64,000 nucleotides of DNA from contig OZ243962.1 of the NCBI GenBank assembly GCA_965214625.1, forward strand, positions 2,413,278-2,477,277, in the 5' to 3' direction. The notes beneath the pieces were generated by a model. The model ran no database searches. It was not told the origin of the DNA and saw nothing but the letters and a program-made list of their open reading frames with translations. Both the position numbers and the translations under genes were made by a program. Origin of the DNA: Candidatus Poriferihabitaceae bacterium (GTDB lineage: Bacteria; Pseudomonadota; Gammaproteobacteria; Arenicellales; Poriferihabitantaceae). This document shows, in pieces, positions 45,029 through 55,056 of the stretch. Position 1 is the stretch's first letter. Every line of letters starts with the position of its first letter.

Positions 45029-45856
45029 ATGACTGCCCTTCCGGAGCTCAGTGACAATGGGTTGACAGCGATCCACCAGGTCAAGGGGGTTGACTATTGC
45101 GGCACCGGAAGACAGATCCATATTGTCGATGAACGACCGTTGACCGTCCGGGTCGATGGCCAGGTACTGGTAACGCTGATGACCCTGGGAACCCATCCTG
45201 AGAAATTGGTTTTGGGTTACTTGCGCAATCAGGCACTGTTTGAAAGTCTCAGTCAAATCAAGTCGGTTCAGGTCGACTGGGTGGCGCAATGTGCCGATGT
45301 CATCACCCGTTCAGGCCAGGGCCTGTCGACATTGGATATCACACGACGAACCGTCACAACGGGCTGTGGACAAGGAACGGTTTTGAGTTGTACGCTGGAC
45401 AAATTGTATGATCATCGCGTTGAGCGAAAACCACTGAAGCAATCAACGATCTATCAGGTCCTTAAAGCCGTTTCCAGGTATAACCAGACCTATCGAAAAG
45501 CCGGTTCAGTCCATGGTTGCGGGTTGTGTCGGGGCGCCCGGGTCCTGTCTTTCATTGAAGATGTGGGACGTCACAATGCCACGGATGCCATTTCAGGTGA
45601 CATGTGGCTGAACCGGGTTTCCGGTTCGGACAAGGTGCTGTACACGACGGGGAGGCTGACGTCGGAAATTGTCATGAAGGCGGCGTTGATGGGGATTCCC
45701 GTGCTGATTTCAAGAAATGGCTCCACTCACATGGCCCTTGGTCTAGCGCAGGATCTTGGTGTGACGCTCGTTACCCGGGCAAAAAGCCGTCAGTTTGTCG
45801 CCTTGAATGCAGACAACATCGTGTTTGACCAAAGGCCGGGAACGGATTACGGTTAG
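45029..45856 (+). CDS. fdhD: Formate dehydrogenase accessory sulfurtransferase FdhD-like protein
   Basis: ORF 44972..45856; ATG at 45029. C-terminal FIEDVGRHNATDAISG...TTGRLTSEIVMKAALMGIPVLISRNGSTHMALGLAQDLGVTLV matches the FdhD pattern. The usual CGVCG loop reads GCGQGT. No formate dehydrogenase gene in the window. Confidence 0.75.
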   Translation: MTALPELSDNGLTAIHQVKGVDYCGTGRQIHIVDERPLTVRVDGQVLVTLMTLGTHPEKLVLGYLRNQALFESLSQIKSVQVDWVAQCADVITRSGQGLSTLDITRRTVTTGCGQGTVLSCTLDKLYDHRVERKPLKQSTIYQVLKAVSRYNQTYRKAGSVHGCGLCRGARVLSFIEDVGRHNATDAISGDMWLNRVSGSDKVLYTTGRLTSEIVMKAALMGIPVLISRNGSTHMALGLAQDLGVTLVTRAKSRQFVALNADNIVFDQRPGTDYG

Positions 45857-45967
45857 TTGGCGGGCAGGTACCGGTGTTTCGTACTCCATTGTTCGTCGTG
45901 GAGGCGTGGCCCCAGCCGGCTTGATCCCGTTGCCTGTGCCTCATCAGGGCCGGTATTCCAAGATGCG

Positions 45968-47839
45968 TTATCTGTTTGGCAGCGCTTCGGGAACCAGGAA
46001 ACCGCCCGATTGTCTTTTCCAGAGTTCGCTATACAGCCCATTGTTTTCCAGCAGTTCATCATGTGTGCCCTGTTCCACAATTTTGCCGCCATCCATGATG
46101 ATCAGGCGATCCATTTTGGCGATTGTGGACAAGCGGTGCGCGATCGCGATAACGGTCTTGTCCTGCATGAGGCTATAGAGACTTTCCTGGATTTCGGCCT
46201 CGACTTCTGAATCCAGTGCACTGGTCGCCTCATCAAGAATCAGGATGGGTGGATTCTTGAGCAAGACCCGTGCAATGGCAATCCGTTGTCTTTGTCCTCC
46301 GGACAGCTTGACGCCGCGTTCTCCGACTTCTGCATCATAGCCCGTGTTACCGGCCATATCTTCCAGTTCACCAATGAATGCATGCGCATGTGCTTGCTTT
46401 GCGGCGGCATAGACTTCCTGTTCGGTGGCCTCTTTTCGACCGTAGCGGATATTGTCGAAGACAGAACGGTGCAGCAATGACGTATCTTGCGTCACCATGC
46501 CGATTTGTGCCCGAAGACTCTTTTGGGTGATGGTGGCAATGTCTTGACCATCGATCACAATATGGCCACCTTCAAGATCATAGAACCGGAGCAGCAGGCT
46601 GACCAGGGTGGATTTGCCGGCACCCGACCGGCCGACAATGCCGATTTTCTCTCCACCGGCTATGCTGAGGGACAGCCCCTCCAGCACACCCTGTCGAACC
46701 TGATCCTTTCCGTAATTGAATTGGATATTCCGGTAGTCGATTTTGCCCTCCGAGACCTTGAGTGGTCTGGCATCAGGCTGATCGGAGATTGAAATATCAT
46801 TCGAGATCACGCCGATTCCATCCTGAATGATGCCGATATTTTCGAACAACCCCGAGATTTCCCAGAGTATCGTCTGTGCCATGCCCTGAAGTCGCAAGAC
46901 CAGCCCCAGCGCAAAAGCAACGGCACCGGTGGTCACCAGATTGATTTGCCACAACCAGATCGAAGTGACTGCGACGCTGAACAGGAGCAGACCATTGAGC
47001 ACGTTGAGCGTAATGGTCAGCAGGGTTGACAGGCGCATTTGCTTGTACACGGTGTCCAGGAATATCGTCATCCCTTCCCGGGCATAATGGTCCTCCTGGT
47101 CCGCGTCGGCAAACATTTTGATGGTGGTAATGTTCGTATAACTGTCGACCACTCTGCCGGTAACCATCGAGCGGGCTTCTGCCTGTGCCATTGAAATTCG
47201 ACGCAGTCTTGGGACAAAGTAGATCAGCGTCACCACATAGCCGGCCAGCCAGAAGATCATCGGCAGGGTCAGTCGAAGATCACTGACGGCAAAGAGTGAG
47301 ACCGCACCCATGAAATAAACCCCGACATAAAGAACGATCTCTGTTACCTTGAGTACCGCCTCGCGGACACCCAGCGAGGTCTGCATCATTTTTGCCGCAA
47401 TACGTCCTGCAAAATCATTCTGATAGAACTCGATGCTTTGTCGTAACAGATAACGATGGGCCTGCCACCGGGTACGCATCGCGAAGTTGCCGAGCAACCC
47501 CTGGTGGACAATGGATTCATAGATGAATTTCAATCCTGGGTGGACAAGCAGTATCAACACGCCGGCCAAAACAAGTCGGGTTTGGTGGGTTTCCCAAAAT
47601 TGATCCCGGTCCGTATTGGAAAGCCAATCGACCAGATTGCCAACCAGGGAAAACAGGTAGACCTCGATCAGCGCAACAATGATGGAGAGAATGGCACTGG
47701 CGATGAGCAGTGGCCAGAAGGGTTTCGCATAATAAGTAACGAAACCGCTCAGTGTGTCAGGTGGTTTGGCAGGGTGATCTTCGGGGAAGGAAGGGCACAG
47801 GTCCTCCAGCCAACTGAAAAAATGGTTGATCAGGCTCAC
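45968..47839 (-). CDS. ABC exporter, fused transmembrane and ATP-binding domains
   Basis: 623-aa ORF with a 6-TM N-terminal domain. Walker A GRSGAGKST, signature LSGGQRQRIAIAR, Walker B ILILDEATSALD. Confidence 0.85.
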   Translation of the reverse strand: MSLINHFFSWLEDLCPSFPEDHPAKPPDTLSGFVTYYAKPFWPLLIASAILSIIVALIEVYLFSLVGNLVDWLSNTDRDQFWETHQTRLVLAGVLILLVHPGLKFIYESIVHQGLLGNFAMRTRWQAHRYLLRQSIEFYQNDFAGRIAAKMMQTSLGVREAVLKVTEIVLYVGVYFMGAVSLFAVSDLRLTLPMIFWLAGYVVTLIYFVPRLRRISMAQAEARSMVTGRVVDSYTNITTIKMFADADQEDHYAREGMTIFLDTVYKQMRLSTLLTITLNVLNGLLLFSVAVTSIWLWQINLVTTGAVAFALGLVLRLQGMAQTILWEISGLFENIGIIQDGIGVISNDISISDQPDARPLKVSEGKIDYRNIQFNYGKDQVRQGVLEGLSLSIAGGEKIGIVGRSGAGKSTLVSLLLRFYDLEGGHIVIDGQDIATITQKSLRAQIGMVTQDTSLLHRSVFDNIRYGRKEATEQEVYAAAKQAHAHAFIGELEDMAGNTGYDAEVGERGVKLSGGQRQRIAIARVLLKNPPILILDEATSALDSEVEAEIQESLYSLMQDKTVIAIAHRLSTIAKMDRLIIMDGGKIVEQGTHDELLENNGLYSELWKRQSGGFLVPEALPNR

Positions 47840-47910
47840 CGGGGAGCCATCCGCAAAAGACAGGATTCCGTCCGTTGATTGTTAGCCAGGGGATGATTCA
47901 ATGGATTGTC

Positions 47911-50403
47911 TCACTGGCGCAGGGAGATCACGGGACTCTGTGTCAGCACAGGCCGACTGTTTCGCACACCCAGAAAAGCCACAACCAGTGCCGACAGCAG
48001 GGGTGCAATCAGCCATATCCAACCGGTGGGTTGATAGTCTATTTCAAACAGCTGGTCGTAGATCAGGAAATTCACCACTTCGGCCCCGAGGACACCGACG
48101 AATCCGGCGATGAGCCCCATGGTTGCGAATTCGCTCCATTGGTTGAGGATTATATGTTGCCGGCTGGAACCGAGTGTTCGCAATATGGCGCCCTCGTTGA
48201 TCCGTTCCCGCATGCTGGATTTCAGTTCAGACAAGGTCACCGCGAATCCGGAGGCCAGCACGAAGGCGAGCAGGGCCTGTATGACCAGCGTGACCTGGTC
48301 AATGATCAGATTGATCTGGGTTAGCACGCTGTCGAGTTCAATTAATGTAATGGCGGGAAAGTGTTGCACCAAATCCACCAGCAGCTGCTTTCGTTCCGGC
48401 TCGATATAAAAACCGTTGATCCAGGTGGTTGGCAATGCCTCAAGGGCGGTTTGATTGAAGATCATGTAAAAGTTGGGTTTGAAGTTGTCCCATTTTACCA
48501 AGCGGATGCTGGAGACACGGGCGTCCCATTGCTGGCTTCCGGTGACAAATGTCAGGTGATCGTGCAGGTTGATATCGAGATCATCAGCGAGTTCCGACTC
48601 GATCGATACCAGTGGTTGGGCGTGGTTGCCGTCGAACCATTGGCCTTCCAGTATCTGGTTGTCAGGCGGTATATCTGTCGTCCAGGTGAAATTGAGTTCC
48701 CTGGTCAAACTCTCGTTATGACGTTCTTCCTTGCTGACATGTTGGATCACCGGTGACTGGTTGATATGGGTCAGCCTGCCTCGAACCACAGGATACAGGC
48801 GGTCGGTTTGTATCTGATGCCGGTCGAGGTAGGACTGGTAGCGGGCGGTGTCATCCGGCTGCAGGTTGAGGATAAAGAAATTGGATGCGTCTTCGGGCAT
48901 GGCGCTTTTCCATGTATCGATCAGTTCGGTTCGAATCAGGATGGTGATCAACAGAGCCATCACGGTCAGGGCAAATGCCGTGGTCTGGGTTCCGGCAGGC
49001 CACTTTCGACGCAAAAAATTTCTTGCCCCACTACGGATCGGCCTTGGGAAAAGGGGCAGGCATTGCTCGACACCCTTCAGGACACCGAACACCAGGCCCA
49101 ACGTGACCGTCAACACGGTCAGGCTTCCAACGAGAATCCCCAGCGTCAGAATGAGGTTTCCGGTGTAGAACCACATGATTCCCGTGACCAGCATGCCGGT
49201 CAGACCGTAGGTCATGCGGGCCGAGGCCGGCAACGGAGTCAGATCCTGTCGCAACACCCGTTGTGGAGAGACCGATTTCAGTCTTAAAATCGATGGCGCG
49301 GTGAATCCGATCAATACAACAAGGGACAGCCCCAGTCCGGACCAGACTACCGACCATTGCGCTGCAGGGATCTCGGGCGGCAGCAAGTCACGCACCGTCC
49401 AAAGCAACCCTTGCTGAATCAGCGCGCCGGCCATGTTTCCCAACAATCCGGCACTGATGGCGATCACCGTCAGTTGAAACAGAAAAATCCAAACGATATC
49501 ACGTTGTTTTGCGCCGAAACAGCGTAACAGGGCACTGGTGTCGAAATGTCGCTGAATATAATAGCGGCCGCTGCCGGCGACGGCGACGGTTGCCAGCAAC
49601 AATGCGATCAAACTGGCAAGCCCCATGTACTGCCGGGCCTTTTCCAGTGTGTTGGCGACTCCGGGTCGCTCTTCACCCAATGCGTGCAGTGTCTGGTTGG
49701 CCTTGAGTTGTGGTTCAATCGATTCCCTGAAGCGTTCTATGTCCCCGGTTCCACCCGAAAACATCATTTGATAGCGCACACGGCTGCCGGGCTGAATCAC
49801 ATTGGCGGCTGTCAAATCGGCTGCATTCATCATCACGCGAGGAGTGAGATCATAGTAACCACCGATCCGGTCGGGTTCCTGTATCAGTATCTGGTCGACC
49901 GTCAAACGCGTGTCACCGATATGGATTGCATCACCCAGCGACAGCCCCAGGGCGTGTATCACCCTGGATTCGACCCAGGCATTGCCAGGTAAGGGGCCAT
50001 GACGGACAGGTCGGTTCACACCATACAACTCATCAGCGATTTTGATCTCACCTTTAAGCGGGTAGTGTTCGCTGACTGATTTGACCGTGACGAGCAAAAT
50101 GGCATCGTTGGCCGTGATGACACTGCGGAACTTCTGTGTGCTGGCCGACGCGACATCCTGCTGCCGGGCAAGCTGCGCAACGGCCCCATCGATGGGATGC
50201 TGGCCGGTCAGAATCAGATCACCGGCAATCAGCTTGTTCGCGTTTTCGGTCACGGCCCGGCTAATGCGGTCAGAGAGATGGCCGACCGTGGTGTGACTGG
50301 CAATCGCGATGACGAGCGCGAGAAGCAATACGGTCAATTCACCGCTTTTGTATTCTCGCCACAGTTGGATCAGTGCAAAACGGGATTGGTGGGCCAATTT
50401 CAT
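47911..50403 (-). CDS. ybbP: FtsX-like ABC transporter permease (YbbP-type, duplicated)
   Basis: 830-aa ORF with two FtsX-type modules. ATGA overlap with the upstream ATPase. tesA / ybbA-ybbP divergent synteny as in E. coli. Confidence 0.8.
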   Translation of the reverse strand: MKLAHQSRFALIQLWREYKSGELTVLLLALVIAIASHTTVGHLSDRISRAVTENANKLIAGDLILTGQHPIDGAVAQLARQQDVASASTQKFRSVITANDAILLVTVKSVSEHYPLKGEIKIADELYGVNRPVRHGPLPGNAWVESRVIHALGLSLGDAIHIGDTRLTVDQILIQEPDRIGGYYDLTPRVMMNAADLTAANVIQPGSRVRYQMMFSGGTGDIERFRESIEPQLKANQTLHALGEERPGVANTLEKARQYMGLASLIALLLATVAVAGSGRYYIQRHFDTSALLRCFGAKQRDIVWIFLFQLTVIAISAGLLGNMAGALIQQGLLWTVRDLLPPEIPAAQWSVVWSGLGLSLVVLIGFTAPSILRLKSVSPQRVLRQDLTPLPASARMTYGLTGMLVTGIMWFYTGNLILTLGILVGSLTVLTVTLGLVFGVLKGVEQCLPLFPRPIRSGARNFLRRKWPAGTQTTAFALTVMALLITILIRTELIDTWKSAMPEDASNFFILNLQPDDTARYQSYLDRHQIQTDRLYPVVRGRLTHINQSPVIQHVSKEERHNESLTRELNFTWTTDIPPDNQILEGQWFDGNHAQPLVSIESELADDLDINLHDHLTFVTGSQQWDARVSSIRLVKWDNFKPNFYMIFNQTALEALPTTWINGFYIEPERKQLLVDLVQHFPAITLIELDSVLTQINLIIDQVTLVIQALLAFVLASGFAVTLSELKSSMRERINEGAILRTLGSSRQHIILNQWSEFATMGLIAGFVGVLGAEVVNFLIYDQLFEIDYQPTGWIWLIAPLLSALVVAFLGVRNSRPVLTQSPVISLRQ

Positions 50404-51092
50404 TGTGAGAGTACCTTCTGTTCAAGATGTCCCGCGTCCATTTTGAATATTTTTTGGCATCGATGGGCCAAATCCGTATCGTGTGTCACCAGGACCAAAG
50501 TCGAGTTTTTCTCAATATTTAGTTCGAACAGAAGATCGGCAATTTTGTTGCCGGTCATCTTGTCGAGGTTACCCGTTGGCTCGTCAGCAAACAGAATATC
50601 GGGTTGCGTGGCAAAGGCCCGGGCGAGAGCAACCCGTTGTTGCTCTCCCCCGGACAGTTGTTTCGGATAGTGGGTCAATCGGTCTGCCAGGCCCACCCGT
50701 GACAGGATGTCGGCCGCCTGGTGCCCGGCTCGCTTGTGATTGAGAATTTCCAGCGGCAGCATGACATTCTCGTGGGCCGTCAGATTGGGCAACAGTTGAA
50801 ACGACTGGAAAACAAATCCCACATGTCGCGCCCTGATTTCGGCCCGCTGGTCCTCTGACATGTCGGTGATTTTCTGATCATGGACGTAGATTTCACCGTC
50901 TGACGGGCTGTCAAGTCCGGCCAGGAGACCCAGCAAGGTGGATTTTCCCGAGCCCGAGATACCGACGACCGCAGCGGATTCCCCGTGGTTGACCGAGAAA
51001 TTCACGCCCTCGAGTATTTGCAATGTGCGCGATGCCATTGTGATCTTTTTGCTGAGATTGCAAGCTGTTATGATTGGGCGGGGTTGTGGCAT
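50400..51092 (-). CDS. ybbA: ABC transporter ATP-binding protein (YbbA-type)
   Basis: 230-aa ORF. Walker A GISGSGKST, signature LSGGEQQRVALAR, Walker B LFADEPTGNLD. Confidence 0.88.
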   Translation of the reverse strand: MPQPRPIITACNLSKKITMASRTLQILEGVNFSVNHGESAAVVGISGSGKSTLLGLLAGLDSPSDGEIYVHDQKITDMSEDQRAEIRARHVGFVFQSFQLLPNLTAHENVMLPLEILNHKRAGHQAADILSRVGLADRLTHYPKQLSGGEQQRVALARAFATQPDILFADEPTGNLDKMTGNKIADLLFELNIEKNSTLVLVTHDTDLAHRCQKIFKMDAGHLEQKVLSQ

Positions 51093-51136
51093 ATCTGTTT
51101 CCTGTCGGTCAAGGGGCGCTAAGGTATAATGATTGT

Positions 51137-51760
51137 ATGAATGTGCTGAACAATTTGAAAAAGACGTGCTTTGCCTTTCTGCTCCTGCTCCCTATATCGT
51201 GTCTGGGTGATCAATTTACAACCATTTTGATTCTGGGAGACAGTTTAAGTTCTGGATACGGGCTCCAACCGAAAGAACGATGGACCGACTTGTTGATGGA
51301 TCAACTGGCGCAATCCGATGAAAAGATCACGCTTGTCAATGACAGTATCAGTGGTGATACGACCGCAGGCGGCTTGGCCCGCATCAGGCAGTCCCTGAAG
51401 CGGCACGACCCGGACTGGGTGGTGATTGAACTGGGCGGTAATGACGGGTTGCGGGGCATGTCACTCGAGGCGATGCATTCAAATCTCCAGGCGATGATCG
51501 GTATCGTACGGGATCATCGTGCGATGCCCTTTCTTATCGGGGTGGAGTTGCCGCCGAACTATGGCTCGGTGTACACCAATGATTTCAAGCAGGTCTATTC
51601 CAGCGTGTCGGAATCAACCGAAACGCCGTTGCTGGCCAACCTCTCGGCCAGTGTCCGCGGAAACCCGGATCTGATGCAAGAGGATAACATTCATCCCAAT
51701 GCGGCGGCCCAGCCCATCGTCAAACATCTGGTCTGGGAGTTTCTGAAGCGGTATCGGTAG
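51137..51760 (+). CDS. tesA: SGNH/GDSL arylesterase-thioesterase I
   Basis: ORF 51074..51760. ATG at 51137 gives a signal peptide followed by ILILGDSLSSGYG (GDSL block I), GGNDG (block III) and DNIHPN (block V). Divergent from ybbA. Confidence 0.85.
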   Translation: MNVLNNLKKTCFAFLLLLPISCLGDQFTTILILGDSLSSGYGLQPKERWTDLLMDQLAQSDEKITLVNDSISGDTTAGGLARIRQSLKRHDPDWVVIELGGNDGLRGMSLEAMHSNLQAMIGIVRDHRAMPFLIGVELPPNYGSVYTNDFKQVYSSVSESTETPLLANLSASVRGNPDLMQEDNIHPNAAAQPIVKHLVWEFLKRYR

Positions 51761-51878
51761 ATGGTGTCACTGTCCATCCAAGTGTGGTGAAAGCGTCCGG
51801 TCAACGTCTGCATTGGAAACATTCAGCGGATTCAATACATTGTATGATGTCCCGATAAAGATGCTGTAGGAGAGCGCC

Positions 51879-52640
51879 ATGCACATTTTGCTGAGCAACG
51901 ATGACGGGTATCAGGCACAGGGATTGATCACGTTATATGCAGCCCTATCGGAAATCGCCACGGTGACGGTTGTTGTACCGAAGGCGAATCAAAGTGGTGT
52001 CAGCAATGCGCTCAGCTTGCGAAAGTCATTTGCCGTCAGCCAAGGCGAGCGTGGTTTCATCATTGTGGACGGCACGCCGGCCGACTGTGTCCATATTGCG
52101 TTGAACGGGATGCTGAAATCAATCCCTGACATGGTGATCGCCGGGATCAATCATGGCGCGAATTTGGGAGAAGACGTGATATATTCCGGAACGGTTGCCG
52201 CAGCAATTGAGGGACGGTCTCTCGGTCTGCCTGCCTTGGCGATTTCACTTGCCTCAGGGCAACCGCGTTATTTTGAGACGGCTGCGAAAGTGACAGTGGA
52301 ACTCGTTTCACGGCTAAAGGGGGCATCGTTACCTGACAACACGGTCTTGAACGTCAATGTTCCGGATCGTCCCTTTGATCAACTGACCGGTCTTGAAGCC
52401 ACTCGATTAGGGGCCCGACACAAGGTACAACCGAGTATTGAGATTTGTTCTGATGACGGGGAGAGACGATTCAGACTGGGTGCACTGGGGGAAGCCGTCG
52501 CATTGAACCGGGGAACGGACTTTGATGCGATCAGGCACGATCGGGTGTCGGTCACGCCGCTTCAGGTGGACCTGACCCAGTACCGCAGTCTGGACAGCGT
52601 GATGCAGTGGCTGGGACCGATTGAGTGGAATGGGAAATGA
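51879..52640 (+). CDS. surE: 5'/3'-nucleotidase SurE
   Basis: 253-aa ORF. MHILLSNDDGYQAQGL N-terminus and GINHGANLGEDVIYSGTVAAA motif. Confidence 0.95.
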   Translation: MHILLSNDDGYQAQGLITLYAALSEIATVTVVVPKANQSGVSNALSLRKSFAVSQGERGFIIVDGTPADCVHIALNGMLKSIPDMVIAGINHGANLGEDVIYSGTVAAAIEGRSLGLPALAISLASGQPRYFETAAKVTVELVSRLKGASLPDNTVLNVNVPDRPFDQLTGLEATRLGARHKVQPSIEICSDDGERRFRLGALGEAVALNRGTDFDAIRHDRVSVTPLQVDLTQYRSLDSVMQWLGPIEWNGK

Positions 52641-52768
52641 GCACATGACGAGGTATCGGTCATCTATGATGGCCAAGCGCAGGCCATTGGCCATCAAGGT
52701 AATGGCCGACGAGATTGTGAGCAGAGTGGAATCAGCGGGTTGCAGCCAACATGACACGAGAGGATTAA

Positions 52769-53443
52769 ATGGTTGACAGTCATTCATTCAGTCGTGATGG
52801 GATCGGAATGACTTCGATGCGGACGCGTAATCGGCTGGTTGATCGTTTGCGTGAACGGGGTATTGCCGATGAACGCGTATTGTCCGTCATGCTGCAGACC
52901 CCTCGCCATCTGTTCATCGGTGAAGCACTGGCCCACAAGGCCTACGAGGATACGGCCCTTCCAATAGGGCATAATCAGACCATATCGCAACCCTTTATCG
53001 TTGCATTGATGACGGAATTGGTCATGGCGGCCTCAATCAACGTCAGGAAAGTGTTGGAAGTGGGCACGGGCTGTGGCTATCAAACGGCGATATTGGCCCA
53101 ATTGATCCACTGGGTGTTTACCATCGAAAGAATCGGGGCATTGCAGGCGCAGGCAAAAACACGGCTTCCTGATCTGGGGTATCGCAATGTGAGTTATTTG
53201 AATGGTGATGGATTCGAGGGATGGGAAAGCAATCAGCCCTTTGACGGCATTATCGTGACGGCAGCTCCTTCGGTGGTTCCCCAGAAATTAAGGGATCAAC
53301 TTGGGCTGGGGGGTCGGTTGGTCATCCCGGTGGGTAACAGCGGTCACCAGCGATTGAGAATCATCACCCGAACCAGCGAGGGATTTGAGGAACAGCTGCA
53401 TGAGGCAGTGCGATTTGTACCGATGCTGAATGGCCGACGGTAA
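52769..53443 (+). CDS. pcm: Protein-L-isoaspartate O-methyltransferase
   Basis: 224-aa [17 protein letters not shown]..., [13 protein letters not shown], and SAM motif [13 protein letters not shown]. Follows surE. Confidence 0.95.
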   Translation: MVDSHSFSRDGIGMTSMRTRNRLVDRLRERGIADERVLSVMLQTPRHLFIGEALAHKAYEDTALPIGHNQTISQPFIVALMTELVMAASINVRKVLEVGTGCGYQTAILAQLIHWVFTIERIGALQAQAKTRLPDLGYRNVSYLNGDGFEGWESNQPFDGIIVTAAPSVVPQKLRDQLGLGGRLVIPVGNSGHQRLRIITRTSEGFEEQLHEAVRFVPMLNGRR

Positions 53444-53467
53444 TGCAATTTCATATCAGCGTCTGTG

Positions 53468-54046
53468 ATGCGAGTTTTCGGTCCCCTGTATGATAAAGTG
53501 ATGGCTTGGTCACGCCATCGACATGCACAGAAGTATCTGGCAGCGGTCAGTTTTGTTGAGTCATCATTTTTTCCGATACCCACTGCCCTGATGCTGGCGC
53601 CTATGGTCATGGCCCAGCGAAGCAAGGCGTGGCGGTTGGCCAGCCTGACGACGGTCACGTCCGTGATGGGTGGGATTTTTGGCTATGTCATCGGCTATTA
53701 TCTGTTCGAACAGGTGGGCCGGCCCATCCTTGATTTCTACCATGCAACCGAAAAATTTGTCAGCATGAAAATCTGGTTTTCTGACCACGGCGTATGGCTG
53801 GTCCTGCTGGCGGGAGTCACGCCGATTCCGTACAAATTGTTCACCATTACTTCCGGTGTGCTGGGCCTGGCGCTGATTCCGTTTGTTGTGGCCTCCCTTG
53901 TCGGTCGTGCGTCCCAGTTTTTTTTGATCTCAGGATTGATCTGGTGGGGGGGTAAAAAAGTAGAGCCGGTGTTGCACAAATGGATCGAGACCATCGGTTG
54001 GGGGCTGATCGGTCTGGCCCTCGTGATTTATCTGTTGACTGGGTAG
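53468..54046 (+). CDS. DedA/YqaA-family membrane protein
   Basis: ORF 53465..54046 (GTG), with an ATG at 53468. ..AVSFVESSFFPIPTALMLAPMV.. motif and 4-5 TM segments. Confidence 0.72.
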   Translation: MRVFGPLYDKVMAWSRHRHAQKYLAAVSFVESSFFPIPTALMLAPMVMAQRSKAWRLASLTTVTSVMGGIFGYVIGYYLFEQVGRPILDFYHATEKFVSMKIWFSDHGVWLVLLAGVTPIPYKLFTITSGVLGLALIPFVVASLVGRASQFFLISGLIWWGGKKVEPVLHKWIETIGWGLIGLALVIYLLTG

Positions 54047-54049
54047 AAG

Positions 54050-54802
54050 ATGAAATATCGGATGGTACTACTGGCGGTGGTTGTTCTTTTGGCTGGCTGT
54101 GGAACCAACAATGCGCCTGTGATTGACAAATCGCCCATGCGGAAGATTCCTGCCGAGCACATTGTTCGCAAAGGGGATTCGCTTTACTCGATCGCATGGG
54201 GAGTCGGCCTTGATTATCATAGTATCGCGAAATGGAATGGGATTGAGAAACCGTATGTCATCCATCCGGGTCAGCGTATAAGATTACATCCTTCGACAAC
54301 AAAGAAGACACCCTTAAAATCAACCTCAAGTGTACAGGGAAAGAAGGCAGCCACACCGTCTGCAAGATCACTGAAGGCCACCAAGGAGAAAAAGCGCCCT
54401 TCTGCGACCCGATCGGATTCGACTCGTTCGGCTGCTGACCCCAAAAAATGGAAGTGGCCGGCGAAAGGCAAGGTCATCGGCAAGTATGATCCCTCGAAAG
54501 GAATCAACGGTATTCAGATATCGGGTCGAGATGGCAGCACGATCACCTCGACGGCACCCGGGCAAGTGGTCTACGTCGGAGAGGGGTTGAGAGGCTATGG
54601 AAAGCTGGTCATTATCAAGCATTCGGATACGTTCCTCAGCGCTTATGCGCATAACAAGAGTATTCTTGTGGCAGAAGGGGATACCATAAAGGTCGGACAG
54701 AAGATTGCACAAATGGGCAATACCGATGCATCCAGGACGATGCTGCATTTCGAAATTCGCAAGCATGGCAAACCGGTAGACCCGCTACGGTATCTGAACT
54801 GA
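54050..54802 (+). CDS. nlpD: LysM/M23 murein hydrolase activator lipoprotein NlpD
   Basis: 250-aa ORF. Lipobox LLAGCG, LysM (HIVRKGDSLYSIAWGVGLDYHSIAKWNGI), a Ser/Thr/Lys-rich linker, and an M23 domain (LVIIKHSDTFLSAYAHN...LHFEIRKHGKPVDP). Confidence 0.9.
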   Translation: MKYRMVLLAVVVLLAGCGTNNAPVIDKSPMRKIPAEHIVRKGDSLYSIAWGVGLDYHSIAKWNGIEKPYVIHPGQRIRLHPSTTKKTPLKSTSSVQGKKAATPSARSLKATKEKKRPSATRSDSTRSAADPKKWKWPAKGKVIGKYDPSKGINGIQISGRDGSTITSTAPGQVVYVGEGLRGYGKLVIIKHSDTFLSAYAHNKSILVAEGDTIKVGQKIAQMGNTDASRTMLHFEIRKHGKPVDPLRYLN

Positions 54803-54975
54803 TTGCTGATGATCCGGAACCTACCCACAAAATGTTGGCAACCGAGATTGGAATTACGCCAGATGGCGTCCGATATCACCTCGACAGTTTGAGAAAAGCA
54901 GGTCGTATTCGCCCTGTTGGGCCGACCAAGAAGGGCTACTGGGAAATTATCAGTGGCAATGATGAGCAATACTGA
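54802..54975 (+). pseudogene. C-terminal winged-HTH fragment of a larger gene (remnant)
   Basis: ..IADDPEPTHKMLATEIGITPDGVRYHLDSLRKAGRIRPVGPTKKGYWEII..-stop (54975). This is the pattern of the C-terminal HTH of AlbA_2/RecG-like putative regulators. The reading frame runs back into the nlpD 3' end, so the N-terminal bulk is missing. An internal ATG at 54832 would give only 47 aa. Confidence 0.4.
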
Positions 54976-55056
54976 ATTCACACACCATTGCCGCCCATTT
55001 GATCAACAGTACGGTTCATTGGCTTATCAGTGCCTGGCTTGGGTTGCAGGATGAGT

